Under the pieces are notes generated by a model, which was given only the letters and a program-made list of their open reading frames with translations, was not told the DNA's origin and ran no database searches. Position numbers and translations under genes: made by a program. A stretch of DNA of 63,923 nt, counting the filler, from Olpidium bornovanus S191 (taxonomy: Eukaryota > Fungi > Olpidiomycota): assembly GCA_017911155.1 (NCBI GenBank). It is 32 parts of 32 records of this genome, joined end to end, with 100 filler letters (N's around TTAATTAATTAA, not from the genome) between each part and the next. Parts side by side here need not be neighbours in the genome. Positions count along the whole stretch, not along the records: positions 21,413 to 22,853 come from JAEFCI010003692.1; positions 22,954 to 24,161 come from JAEFCI010012220.1; positions 24,262 to 29,674 come from JAEFCI010005836.1; positions 29,775 to 30,857 come from JAEFCI010011802.1; positions 30,958 to 32,409 come from JAEFCI010013480.1; positions 32,510 to 33,830 come from JAEFCI010004375.1; 26 more parts are not named here. The stretch is one strand, 5' to 3'. Shown one piece after another: positions 21,705-33,829 of the stretch (position 1 is the first letter of the stretch; the number at the start of each line of letters is the position of its first letter).

Positions 21705-22852
21705 TGTAGAATCCCCAGCTCCCGTGGTATAAAATAGAGCTAGAGCAAACTAGTAAACAAACGCCCAGAACACAGAATAAAATTCTCCTTCCTTTCGTCT
21801 TCATCTTCGGCCCGGCTCCAACAGGTTATGAGCCCAAACCAACAACTCCCTGTCCAAAGCAAAGAAGAGGAAAAGGAAAGGCCAACCATGGAGAGCCGCC
21901 AACTCCCGAGACGCCGCAGCCGACTGCGGCTGCGCGACGAGACCGCAAGTATGCCGGGAGCACTGGCGCGCCCCGAGAGCCACGACGGTGCCGCGTCGAC
22001 GACCTCCCGCCTCTCCCGCCTATCGGTAGCGGATTCCCTCCGGGCGCTCAAAGGGCGCCACCAACTGGCGGACGAATGGAGACAGCGAGAAAGAGAAATG
22101 GAGGACCTCCGTCTGCGTCTTCCCGAGCAGAGGAACGCTCCAGAATGCTGGAAGCGGTGCTCGAGGCGCAAGAGGACGAAGGAGAAGGCGTCAAGCCAGA
22201 AGAAAAGGACGCGGACGGCGACCGCGACCCCGACGAGCAAGCCTGCCAAGAACGCGTCGAGAGATTCCTCCGGGAGGACTTGAGCACACGAAGGCTTCAC
22301 GGCTACGCCGAAGACGAAGGCGACCCCAAAGAGACCAGAAAAGTTCTACTGGCAAGAGCCATGCTGGGGGCGGTCCCCAACTACTCGGGCTCAGGAGGGG
22401 CTGCTGCACTCACGAATTTCGCCAGAAAACTTGAGGCTGCTTGGGAACAAGCAAACCTATCAAGCCAAGAGACACTCGCTCTGGCAACTCACCGCCTGAC
22501 AGGGCAGGCGGCGATACTGTGGCAAAGACACGCAAACGAACACCGCCGGGGTGACCCTCACTGCTGGACGCGCTGGGAACAATTACGAGAAGAACTGGAA
22601 CGGCTTTTCTTTCCCCGCGAGCACCTCCAAGTCGTAATGAACGAACTCATGGAACTCACACAACGGCGGTGCGAAAAAAAAAAAGGGCAACGACGACCTA
22701 GAGAAGTACATAGAGACCTTCAACTCCCTATTCATGCAACTCCCGACCCTACGGGACACAAGGCTGTGGACGGCAAAGTTCCACAACGGCCTCTCAGGCG
22801 ACAGAAGAACCCGCGTGTTGACCGTGGCGCCCAATCTCGACGACCTTGGCAC
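21705..22852 (+). mobile_element. 5' end of a Ty3/gypsy LTR retrotransposon: LTR end (...CAACA 21823), PBS 21824-21835, gag from about 22076
   Basis: TATAAAA at about 21729 and AATAAA at about 21777 precede CAACA-GGTTATGAGCCC. The gag reads PNYSG...LTGQAAILWQ...WEQLREELERLFFP...LMELTQ...DLEKYIETFNSL (Retrotrans_gag pattern), with a frameshift in the A-run at about 22680. The LTR start is uncertain. Confidence 0.85.
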
Positions 22853-24459
22853 ANNNNNNNNNNNNNNNNNNNNNNNNNNNNNNNNNNNNNNNNNNNNTTA
22901 ATTAATTAANNNNNNNNNNNNNNNNNNNNNNNNNNNNNNNNNNNNNNNNNNNNGTGCCGGACGGTTTCGCCGCAGTAGTGCTTCCATCGGCGGAGGCTGG
23001 GGACCAGACGTATTTTTTTTGGTTGAGTTTGCGTTGTTCGCAACAGCTGCAAAGAAGCGTGGTCCCCCTCCATGCTCCTCCGCTTCCCAGGAAGCGTGCG
23101 AAATGCAGCGGGAAGGTTGTAGCAACGCCCGTTTGTTTTGTTGTTTGATAATGGTGCAGGGCGATCTTTTGGTCGAAATTGCCCGCGTTTTTTTTTTTCT
23201 TATTCTTTCCATGTAAGAACAGTGAACGTTTTCGACTGTCCGTGGCCGATCATCATCGGGGGGTTTTCCACGTGCAGAAAAAAAAAAAAAAAAAAAAAAA
23301 CGAGAACGAACGAGCGCGCGGGCCGCTTGCCGAAACAAAGCCAGGACCAACGCGCGAAACTTTCCGCAAACCGGCAGCACACCCCCCCCTCCCCCCCCTC
23401 CGCCCCCCCGTTTCCGCGGGGCGCAAACGCGTGGTTTTGTTCTGCTCCAGTCGACGATCCATTTTGCACCTTTCGGGGTTTTGCGCGTTGCCGTTGGCGG
23501 AACTAAAGGGATTTTAATATTTTTTTTTCCATCGAATTTGCCGCTGGACCACACTCTGCGGAACGACAACCGTTCCAAACGCCCACTTTGTCCTCACGCT
23601 TATTTCCTCGAAATCGCGCAGATCAGAATTGGAATTCGAGTCCGGTGACAGTTGGGTTTGGGTTGGTCGCGGAGTTTATTCGGTTCCGGAGCGTAGAGAA
23701 CGGCATACGGGCCAAAGGCCGTTCGTAATTAGGCTTCGAGGGCGACGGCCGTCCGAAGTTTTGAATGAGGTACGGCCGACTGCGGGGCCGATTCCGAAGG
23801 CCGTGGACAGGCGCCCGTTCGCCAGGTAAAAAATATTAGCACTGCCGGGCAGCATGAACAACTTTAAGCAAGAAAAGCCGACACAGATTTTGCCCGGGTC
23901 TCCGGCCGAAAAGAGGCGGCCTGCGTTTGTGAAGAAGAGGCGCCCGCCCGGTCGGATCGGGGTGCGTTTGGATCTTCGTCTTGGGCCTGAATCCGACGCC
24001 TCTTCAACCAAAACTCGCCCCAGGACGATTGAAGCACTTGTCATGAAATGGCGGGACCGGCGTACGTTTCCTCTTCGTCACTCCTGAACTCGGAATGCGT
24101 TATGATAACAAATTTCTCTCCGAGAATGACCGTGTGAAAAAGTTCTGTCACGCAAGACCGANNNNNNNNNNNNNNNNNNNNNNNNNNNNNNNNNNNNNNN
24201 NNNNNTTAATTAATTAANNNNNNNNNNNNNNNNNNNNNNNNNNNNNNNNNNNNNNNNNNNNCGCATGCGTTCGGAGCGTTAACAGCACGCTGCCGCCAAG
24301 CAGTGATAGCGGTGGGAATAGATCTGCCTTAAATATTTTTAGATTCTTCTCGAATGATGCCGATTGCATAAAGCGCGACTACAACGTATGCAGACAGAAA
24401 TCCCGAAAAGCCCCCTGTCGAACTAGAGGACCGGTTCGTTTCCGCGCCCATTTAAAGGT

Positions 24460-26600
24460 TCAACCTCCGGCGTTCGGGGCTTTCCCGTTGATTGAGCGCA
24501 TTGCGGCGGTGTAGGCGAGGAACGTGACCGCATTGCATGGGAATGCGCGCACCACCGTGACCACCAAGCCCCGGAACAACCCTGGGGTCCCTTCCTTCCG
24601 GACGATCTCCCGCAGGCAGTCCATGACGCCCGTCCGGCGGTACCGCCCTGAAACGGGTGGCTCGCTCTGAATTCGTGTTTTTAGCACATCTGGGGGAGTC
24701 CCGGATATCCGTTCGCTTAGTAGTGCCCCGCGCGCGGCCGTTCCCCGGGCGGCAAACGCAAACAACGAATTGAAGGAGAAAGAAAGGAGGAAGTGAGGAG
24801 TGCGAATGAAACAGCAGTCATTTATACCTGTTGGGTAGGTCGACATCCACCCAAAGATGCCTGCAACACCCCCAGCGACCACCAGTCTCGTTCCCTCCAG
24901 GAGCGCCGGGTCCGTCCCCGGGGGCGCCAATCCTCGACACAGCAATTCATCTAGAACAGCAGGCTCCGCACGATTTAGCTACTCGTTATGCTTGCGCAAT
25001 GCTTCCACGGGGGCAATGGATTACATACAAGAAAAAAAATATGGTCCATAGCTTGTTTCGCGTAGCAATGTTATCCACATCCCTCTGTAGCAACCCGTTA
25101 TGCCAGACTTTTGATATGTTTTGATTAAACAGTCAAGAGGTCCCTTGTATAGCCGATCTGTGGCGGAGGTCTGATTTTGAAGGCGGATTCTGAGGCCTCC
25201 GTAAGGGAACCGACATTTGTGTCCAGATGGCGCATAACTGGCAAGAACGCCCGGGCCCTCGCAAACTTTCCTATGTTTCTTGCCAAAGCCCACCTGTGGC
25301 CTCAGCTGAACGGGGAATGCACTTACTTCGCCAGTTCCATTGGACAGCTTATGATGCTGCAGCATCACGCAACATATTCAAGATGAGAAACCGGATCAAG
25401 AAACGCGGTGTGTGGCCAAGTACCGAATAGGTATGTGGAAACGACGGCCGGTCGTCGCCGAACGGCGAACACCAGAAAGAAGTGGGCGCAACGATATAAA
25501 CGCTAGAAGCAGGGAATCCGCAACCTTGGTAATACCTGTTCACGAAGCCGCTGGCTGTGCCTGCCCAAAAAATCTGTGACAACGTTGGCTTCTCCTGCAG
25601 ATTCTTCCGCTGGGCGTCCAGCGCTATCCCGTACACACCGAACAAGAGAGCGTTCACTGCTGCCACTCCGATCTGTTTAGTCGCCAAGGATATCAACGCC
25701 AATTGTCCGATGCTCTTCCCCCTTCTGTTTTTCGACGCGTTTTCAGTCCCCGCGGAGCCCGTTGCTGCTCATTGTATACAACTGTACCATTGGAGACGCC
25801 TGAGGCATAGAGACTTATTCTCTTAAGTCCAGGTATTAACAGTGTTCCTAAACGAGACAGCGTGCCCCAGCCCTGGGTAAGCGGCCGCTAGAAAAAAAAC
25901 GACTCGTACCATTCCCTTGTACAGGCCCGTGATCTACACTCGTTTGGAACCAGATTGACGATACAATATAAACGCCGGACACGACGCTAAGTGACGGCAG
26001 CCTCAGCGCTTTGCAGTAACATAAAGAGCACCTACCTTTTCTTGCTTTATGATGGTTTTAAAACAGTCGAGGGTGCTGCTATACTTTGGTGCCGCTCCTA
26101 GCTGGCTCTGGAGGCGCACCTTCACTGTTCGGTGACGGACGGCGTTAAATAAAGACACGGGAAATTTCCGTATGCAACGCATAAACGGACCATCGACAGA
26201 CCTGTGTCTGGTATAAATCGGTCCCGGGCGGCAGCCGCCGCGGCGAAGGGGGCGCGTTTCCCCGTTTGGCCCGCAGCGTTACGAAGGGCGGGTGATCAGG
26301 CACGGCGCAACGTTGGTGCCATAACGCAGCGGCGTTTGGATAGCGTGAACCAGTCTGGTGGCGCGGCGATCCCGCCAGCCGACTAAAATCAGACTCACCG
26401 AACGGGTGGCCCACCATCAACCCGGCGATGCCCCCAAACGTGCCGGCGGCAAAGCTCGACCAGCTGCTGGCAGCTGCGCGGGGGATGCGCAAGGTGCGCG
26501 CCGGCGGCACGAGGGTCGAGGGCGGGAACGAGGTTCGGGTCAAGAGCGGAAAACGACGCCGGGCGGGGCCGTCAGCTGCATTGTGATCATGTCCGGTCAC
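24460..26600 (-). CDS. Mitochondrial carrier, SLC25A29/SLC25A45-like (basic amino acid / carnitine type), multi-exon
   Basis: Three carrier repeats: FAAGTFGGIAGLMVGHPF; GVAAVNALLFGVY...IFWAGTASG; IRLQ..YKGPLDCL..YRGMWITLLRETSYG; GGVAGIFGWMSTYP.DVLKTRIQ...GLFRGLVVTVVRAFPCNAVTF. Confidence 0.88.
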
Positions 26601-27854
26601 AACCCTTTCCCCTCCCTCCCCGCCCGCCTCCTCCCCTCTTCTTCACACGCTTTGCAAGAGGACGCCGTTCCAACAGCCCGCGCGATTTCCCCCTTCCTCG
26701 TCTGGTCGCACCAGCAGGAACCCGCTCGATTATTTCGATTTCTTCCGCGACCATAAGGCTTCCGTGCCGCGTCTCCGCCCGAATATGGAAAGTTCTGATT
26801 GGGTTCGATTTTCCTCGGATGCGAAACGGAAAGTGGGCTAGGGGTTAGGGCCAGGGTTTGGCCCGCCTGTCGCGCGTTAGATCACGGGACAAGCTGGTTC
26901 TTGGCTAAGAAAGCATAAAAAGGAAATGTGAGGAGCCTTTTCCCTCAGCTGTCAACGGGAACTTACTGTGGAACCGCCCACACTAATACTGTCTTCCGAC
27001 CGCCAGCAAATTTCGGCGGCGGCGCAAAAAGCGCAAGCTTCTCCTACACTTTATCCTCAATCCCGAAATTTGACTTGACCTTGCCCAATTCATTTCCACG
27101 ATTCTTTTCCTTCGCATTATTTTCGTAACCTCTGCGGAAGGGTCGGTGTTAATTCTTCCGCTGAAGTGCGCACGTCATGCTGCCCCCCCCCCCCCGGCGC
27201 ACTCGAGTCCGGCTTCCCCGGTCGGCAGACCTCCACACAAGTATCGCGACTCAACGACAGAAAATTTGTGTTTTCATCGAAAATGCGTATTCCCGCAGTG
27301 TAAAAGGTCGCTGTGCGATGCAGGTTGTGGTTCAACCCACTGAACCCTATGCACCCTGGCCGCGGTGAAAAGCTGCTTTAGAAGGGCGGCCGGCCTGTTG
27401 GTTTGAACAAAGTGGCTCGCACACACCGCAAACATCTTTCTAAAGGAATTTAGTCCGAAATACGAATACCCCGCGCGGTCTTACAGGAGACTGTTACCCT
27501 CCAATACGGCTGAGAATGCGGAGGCTTACACGGAACGCCCGCATGAACGCGGAGACACCCCATCTTCCAATAAACCTAGTTACATCCCAAAAAAATGATG
27601 CTGAAATGCCACACTTTCTCTCCGAAGTTATTTCTCTCTCCTGGCGGAGTGATAGGTGGTGTCGCGACTGGTACACGTACCAGGGCGCGTTGCGCGCAGC
27701 GAGGGATGTTCCGAACAAGAGGGCCACGGACATTTTTTTTTTTGTGCGAAAGCTGCTGCGTGCCGGTCCCGGTGCACCGTCCAATCCGCTTTTTCCGGGA
27801 GGCAAGAAGAAAATTGCGATAGAAAGAGGAGGACGACGCGCGCTCCTGCGGCTG

Positions 27855-29672
27855 CTACGTTTCAAGGTGTTTCGTCGCGCGGTCTCGCCGGCTGACGGTC
27901 TTCGCGTAGTGCTTGTGTTGGTCGGAGCAGTACCTCAGGCTCTTCAGCGCGGTGTCGCGGGCGCTCCGCCATTGGCCGAGCTGGAGCTCACACTCGGCCT
28001 TGTTAGTCAGGCACAGGCAGCAGCGGTCGCGGTCGCCGATCGCTTCCGCCAGCTCCGCGGAGAGCCCGTAGTAGTCCTTGGCGCTGCGGTACCTCCCCGC
28101 GGCGAACTCCGCGTCCCCGGTCTGGCGGCTCTGCTCCAGGCGGCCCTTGACCTCTGGCCGGATCCGCGCGAGCAGGCCCCCACCGCCGCCTCCGGAGGCT
28201 CCTCCTGTTCTTCCTCGTCCGCCGCGGGGTTTGCCGTCGTCGTCGTCCGAGCCAAGGCGCGCGACCGCCAGGCAGGCCGAGTCGACCGCCGGCGGGCAGT
28301 ACAGCAGGCTGAAGTACCGGTCGCCGACGAGCCGGCCCTTGGCGAGGAAGATCCGGGACAGCTGCGCCCTTTTCACGCCCGCCTCCTCGGGACTCCACGA
28401 AGCGCCGTCGGGCGGCTCGCCGTAGAGGCCGGTCTGCACCACCGATTGCAGCACGGCACGCGCTCTCATCTTCACGGCGGCGTCCGACGCCGGCGCGCTC
28501 GAGAAGGCCGCGGAATTGCACAGGGACGCCAGGGCGTACGTCGCCGCCGCCATCTGCAGGCACCTGTTGCGGATCGCACAGTCGGCGTTCTCCGGCAGTT
28601 GCTTCGCGGCTATTTCCGCGGGGCAAAATCTTTCTAGATCAAGGAAGCTGACCACAATGTCCTGGTCCCGCTCAATCAACAGGTACGTGACCGCTTCCAA
28701 TAGCACCGGGACGGCTCCGGCTGCAACCAGTTTCGCCCGGACCTGCTCTCCGGTCGAGCAGAGCGCCGCGATGCAGACAGCCGCTTCCAGCGGCCGGTCC
28801 GAATCGGGATAAGCCGGGGGCAGCTCTCCGTTCACGGACTCGAAGAGGAATTCGAGGACGTCCGGGTGGCACAGGACATCGTGGACGACCGGAAGCGAAG
28901 GTTCTCCTGTCTCGGACAAACAAAGCGATTTGGTGAGGTACGAAAAGGCGATGGCGGCCCTGTCCCTGAGTATTTCCGCCCACCTTGGGCTGTACCGGGG
29001 TACGTCTTCTAGCCCAATATTCAGGATCTCCAGCTGATACAGGGCGTCGTCGATGAGGCCGAGTTTCTCGTCACCATCGGCCGCGATCTTCTCGCCCCTC
29101 CCGAAATCTTCCTCATCGTCCAGCAAGCCCAGCTCATAAAGCAGGATGTGGTCCGGCGTTTCGGCATTCGCGACCAAAACCTTGACTAGGTCCCGGAGCA
29201 GGTCAGGGTCTGACGTTGCCAAGTAGCTGGCCGCGTTGGTGGCCCGGAACACTGCCGAAAGCACGTTAAGGGCGGACCCGCGGAGCGTGCTTATGTCCGT
29301 GGCGATCAGCAGTCCCGTGACCCTGAACACAAGGTTGTGATTCCGGACCAGGTCCTCGGCGTAACTCGGGTTTTTGGTGCTGGCCAGAAACAGCGCGATC
29401 ACATCCAGCGCATAGTCTCGCGAGAACGGTGCCTGCGTTTTCTCCGCCACCTCCACCAACGCGGGAAGTAGGCCGCAAGCGACCAGGTACTCCAGTTCCG
29501 CATTGGTCACCGCGGGCTCCAGCGCTGCGTACGGGCTGTACGGGCTCTTCAGCGGCTGCTGCCCCTTGGCCATCAGCTTTATCGTCCTGAGGCATCGCTC
29601 GACGACATCCGCGCCCATCTGCGGCAGTTGTCGAACCAGGTGGCCGACCCCTTGCCGCTTCTCCGGCTCCAT
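27855..29672 (-). CDS. ARM-like repeat protein with C-terminal TPR domain (605 aa, no intron seen, N-terminus may be truncated)
   Basis: ARM-like segments (LVACGLLPALVEV, LVAAGAVPVLLEAV), then TPR GDAEFAAGRYRSAKDYYGLSAEL...LCLTNKAECELQLGQWRSARDTALKSL. Confidence 0.7.
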   Translation of the reverse strand: MEPEKRQGVGHLVRQLPQMGADVVERCLRTIKLMAKGQQPLKSPYSPYAALEPAVTNAELEYLVACGLLPALVEVAEKTQAPFSRDYALDVIALFLASTKNPSYAEDLVRNHNLVFRVTGLLIATDISTLRGSALNVLSAVFRATNAASYLATSDPDLLRDLVKVLVANAETPDHILLYELGLLDDEEDFGRGEKIAADGDEKLGLIDDALYQLEILNIGLEDVPRYSPRWAEILRDRAAIAFSYLTKSLCLSETGEPSLPVVHDVLCHPDVLEFLFESVNGELPPAYPDSDRPLEAAVCIAALCSTGEQVRAKLVAAGAVPVLLEAVTYLLIERDQDIVVSFLDLERFCPAEIAAKQLPENADCAIRNRCLQMAAATYALASLCNSAAFSSAPASDAAVKMRARAVLQSVVQTGLYGEPPDGASWSPEEAGVKRAQLSRIFLAKGRLVGDRYFSLLYCPPAVDSACLAVARLGSDDDDGKPRGGRGRTGGASGGGGGGLLARIRPEVKGRLEQSRQTGDAEFAAGRYRSAKDYYGLSAELAEAIGDRDRCCLCLTNKAECELQLGQWRSARDTALKSLRYCSDQHKHYAKTVSRRDRATKHLET

Positions 29673-30957
29673 GANNNNNNNNNNNNNNNNNNNNNNNNNN
29701 NNNNNNNNNNNNNNNNNNTTAATTAATTAANNNNNNNNNNNNNNNNNNNNNNNNNNNNNNNNNNNNNNNNNNNNAAAGTTTAGCCCCCTGGATTGGTTCG
29801 GCACGCTGCAGGGATCCAGCCTTCAGACGAATCTAAGAAGTTACCACCTTAGCACGCGGGCGTCAGACGTCAGCCCCGCGATCGCGACGCCCATGGGTCT
29901 GGAGTTCCCCGTAAGTCTCTCTCACGTCTACCGACGCACGTTTTTCACTTCCCAAATTTTCCGGTCTAGGTCTGGAGTTCCCGCGAGACTCCGGTGTTTT
30001 TCTCTGCCGACACTGCGACGCGGGTTCGGGATTCCGGTATTTTTCTCTGCCGGTACCGCGACGTAAGTTCGAAGCCCCGCGCCCTCGAAAGTGTATCGTG
30101 ACTGGTTTTAAAAGGCGTGTCGTAAGGTCGAAATGTGCTCCTTTCCATCATCTGGATGCGGACGCGCGTCCTCCTGCCAAAAAATAAATTCCTGTTACTC
30201 TTCCCTGCGTGTGTCTTTGGTTCCCAGGGAGTTCCGCACAGCGTGTGTTCTGTTTGTGACGTTTGAACCGTTTCAAGGGGGACGCGTCTCTTCTCTGCCT
30301 GCGGAGGCGGGGGCGAGGCACGAGGACACCCGTCCCGCGTTTGAGCATCGCGCTCTGTGTCACACGCGCGGGTTAGGCGCATGTAACCAGGCGGCCGTGC
30401 GCGCGCACTCGCTCGAATTTGTGAGTTCAGTTAAAAAGGTTCCGCCAAAGTCAACCTGCAAGCCTCTCTGACCCTCTCCATCTTGCGATATGCCCGAGGT
30501 TGGAGGACTTTTGGAATGACGCTGCCAAATGTTGTTCGTCGTTGGTGCTTTTTGTGCAACGTCCAGTGAACTCGCCCGGCTTGGCAAATCCACACTGGGC
30601 AAAGCGGGGGACGGGGGGGGGGGGGGGGGCCCCAATCCGGAAAGGCACGAAGAACGAGCTCCTACGGAAGACTTAACCTGCCCGCTGAAACCCTTCTCGC
30701 GTTTGTTTTTTACCTAACCTCGTCACCCCCGGCTCGACCTGCCTGGAAAAACTTTAAAACGATATTGAGTTGGCCCGGTTGGTTGGCCTAGCAACGTCTT
30801 CAAAGGCGATCCTCCCCGGACCGGGGGGCGTCGCCGTTGCTGCGGCGCGTTGCCATGNNNNNNNNNNNNNNNNNNNNNNNNNNNNNNNNNNNNNNNNNNN
30901 NTTAATTAATTAANNNNNNNNNNNNNNNNNNNNNNNNNNNNNNNNNNNNNNNNNNNN

Positions 30958-32408
30958 CATGACCAGGCAAAGCCTACCAGAACCATACATATGTGATTCA
31001 CCTTCGATGGGAGCGGATGTCCAAATTCCTTTGCTGATTCCATCGCCTCAGTTCGCTGGCGCTCCCAAAGGTCCAAAAGATCGTCAACGGGCGATCTCCC
31101 GCTCCCGACGGGAGCGGTAAACGGCGGCTGGAGACCGAACTTTGCGAACGGGAGCGGGGAAGTTGCTGCGTTGACCTGGTGCACGGGGAACGGCTCGCTT
31201 TTGGAGGAGGAATGGGACAAACTCCTGCGCGTAGGCGAATGAGAGGACCGGCCGGCAACGCGGCTGGGAGACTTGCTTGTCGAACTGGCCTTTGGGACAA
31301 GGCCCACGCCGGCGGGCAAGCTCGGTCGGGCTAGTATTCGCTGCCGACTGCGGGATCGCACTGCGCCTGCGCTAGGCAGTGCGAAAGATTGGCCCGGGGA
31401 ACGTGGGGACCCTCCTTCGGCAAACAGGCGGGGCGAACCATGCTCGTCGGCATATACGAGCTCCGCCCACTCCGACGTCGTTGGCGGGGCGAACAGTGCG
31501 CCACTCGCTTTTGAGCGGCGGGACGGACTGCTCCGCTGCGCGCTGCGCCCGCGCTGCTGGTGGTCGGGATCCCTCGTACTTGCGGCGGAAGAATCTCGAA
31601 ATAAAACGTCGCATTGAACTTCCGGCGAGAATTGCGGATGACAATCGTGTTTGGCGCGATGCGTGCGCACGGATGCTGCTTCTTTTGCCTCGCGCGGGGA
31701 CACGCGGCGGACACAGTCAGCCGTGCCGGAGCCGTTCCCGACGTGCCGAGCAGATAAACGCGGCGAGTGACTACGCTGTGTATTCTCTCGCTCCAAAGGC
31801 GGACTCTCCCGCACGCTTGCGTTGTCGCCCTTGAATAGCATCATCGCCTTTGCCTTTCCGATGCCGCGATCAGCTACTGCTGGACTGCGGCCGATGCGAG
31901 CGTTGTCGTTCTTTGTCCCCAGTTCGCGGCCAACCACACCGGCCGTGCTGACGCCCACACGCGGATCTGGGGAAAGCCTTTTCGTGGGAACTCTTCGGCT
32001 GCTCATCTGTATCGTCAGGGGCCGGACGGATGCCACTGGGACAGGAATCCGCGATAGCTCACTTGCCCTTTTCGCAGGCGCGGTCAGGCTCTGCTTCTTC
32101 TTCCACATCCGCTGGAGCTTCCTCTTCGGCGGTTCCGGCGACGGCGTGCCATAAACAGCGCGGATCCTCTCAAGCCTCGCCTTGGTATCGACCGGGGAGT
32201 GTCCTTTGCGCGGACTGACGAAGCTATTTCCGCCCGGGTCGTGGCAGCCCGGTACTGTGCGAAGAGGGTTTGACGCGACCGCAACCCCGGTATCCACCGA
32301 ACGCCTCCGCCTCGACGATCCGGCGGTACTGCCGACAACACTGCGACGAGATTTGATCGTCAAAACTGATTCTGTATCGTCAGTTAGGCGATGTGTAGAG
32401 TGCTCCAT
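30958..32408 (-). CDS. Hypothetical Ser/Arg/Pro-rich disordered protein (partial)
   Basis: An open frame spans the whole contig. No domain recognised. Confidence 0.5.
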
Positions 32409-32608
32409 GNNNNNNNNNNNNNNNNNNNNNNNNNNNNNNNNNNNNNNNNNNNNTTAATTAATTAANNNNNNNNNNNNNNNNNNNNNNNNNNNNNNNNNNN
32501 NNNNNNNNNCATGGAAACTAATCCTGCCATATCATTGCTTTGTCTCCGCCCGTGTGCGTCGATCTGCATAGAAGCACTCGCTTCGTCGTCCGCAGGTCAG
32601 AATCTCTC

Positions 32609-33829
32609 CTAAACGGGGCCGCCGGTGGAGTTTCCTCCGCCGTTCCGCGGGGCGCGGGGGGGGGGGGCGTTGGGAAACGTCCGAACGGGAGCCGTTGAAC
32701 CCGAAACGCCGATCTGCGCACCGTGCTTTCCAACCGCAGCAGACGCCAACGTCGGGGAGGCAGGCGTTGCCGCCAAGGTTCGCGAGGGCCGGAACGGTCG
32801 GTTCGCGCTCTTGGACGGCTCGGACGTCGGCGGCGTATCTGAGAACGGGTTCCGCGAATCAAGATCTGGCCGCGGCTGAGCGGACGGCCCTCGTGCCGCA
32901 AACAGCTTTCCCCCGCCCCGGCTCTCCCCAGGATCGCGGGCGCTATTGTTGTTCCGCTCAAAGTAGTGCTGGCTCTGCTGGGCCTGCTGCCGAAAGTGCG
33001 CGTATTCCAACTGATCACCCTGAGCGGGGACGCCGACGGGTGGCTCTTGCTGGTACCCCCTCTGGATGTTCGGCTCTAAGAACTGCCGGCATCCTTGCTG
33101 CTGCTCGAACTGGGTATCAGCTCTGGGGGCATACTCCGGCCTCCTCCAGGACACGGGCTCGTCGGAAGCGATGCTGAACCTGATCATATTCTCCTCATCG
33201 TCCCCAGGCCCTCCTTCCATCGGTCCCTGTCCCTCACCCGGTTCTCCGCCTCTCCCTTCTCTCGCCAGGTCGCTGAGCAACTGGTCGGAATCCGCGCGTG
33301 GAAAGGGCCGCCTCCACCCCTCGTTTCTAACTGATTTCTTGACAGTCAACTTCTCAGGACCTGCCTTATCTAGCGGTTTGGCTGTGGCCCACTTTTTCGC
33401 TCCCGTAACTTCTCCTTCCTTCCATTCCCCCGCATCAGCGGCCGGCTGCTCCTCACGCGCGCGCAGCCACTTGAGCATCCACCAATCGTAGTGGGTCGGG
33501 CGTCTCCAGATGTTGTAGCGCCGAATAGCAAACAGGACCATCCAGATACCAAGGGCGAGCGCAGCCAGGGAAATGAGGATCAGCCCCCACAGCGGAACGG
33601 ACGGCTTGTCACTAGCCATCTCCATTTTGGAGGGGTCGTTCACGGCGGCACTGGGATGGATGCCAGATTCCAGGACAGACTGCAGGCTGGCTTGGGACGG
33701 AAGGACGACGCACTCCCCCGAGACCAGGTTGAGCGTCGAGTCGGCGCAGGCAAGGCAGGTGGACGCGTTTGCCGGGCTGGAACACACACTGCAGGAAGGA
33801 TGGCATCCTGCCGTCAGGCACGCACACAT
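32609..33829 (-). CDS. Type I membrane protein with furin-like Cys-rich repeat (5' partial)
   Basis: CHPSCSVCSSPANASTCLACADSTLNLVSGECV (FU repeat), TM segment VPLWGLILISLAALALGIWMVLFAI followed by RR, long disordered tail. Confidence 0.7.
   Translation of the reverse strand: MCACLTAGCHPSCSVCSSPANASTCLACADSTLNLVSGECVVLPSQASLQSVLESGIHPSAAVNDPSKMEMASDKPSVPLWGLILISLAALALGIWMVLFAIRRYNIWRRPTHYDWWMLKWLRAREEQPAADAGEWKEGEVTGAKKWATAKPLDKAGPEKLTVKKSVRNEGWRRPFPRADSDQLLSDLAREGRGGEPGEGQGPMEGGPGDDEENMIRFSIASDEPVSWRRPEYAPRADTQFEQQQGCRQFLEPNIQRGYQQEPPVGVPAQGDQLEYAHFRQQAQQSQHYFERNNNSARDPGESRGGGKLFAARGPSAQPRPDLDSRNPFSDTPPTSEPSKSANRPFRPSRTLAATPASPTLASAAVGKHGAQIGVSGSTAPVRTFPNAPPPRAPRNGGGNSTGGPV

Noticed and set aside
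26838-26860. TTAGGG-like motif
   Set aside because: One imperfect copy, not a telomeric array.
27516-28637. 373-aa plus-strand ORF and similar overlapping ORFs (e.g. 44834-45436, 57303-57806, 60924-61871)
   Set aside because: They are antisense or alternative-frame shadows of real GC-rich genes.
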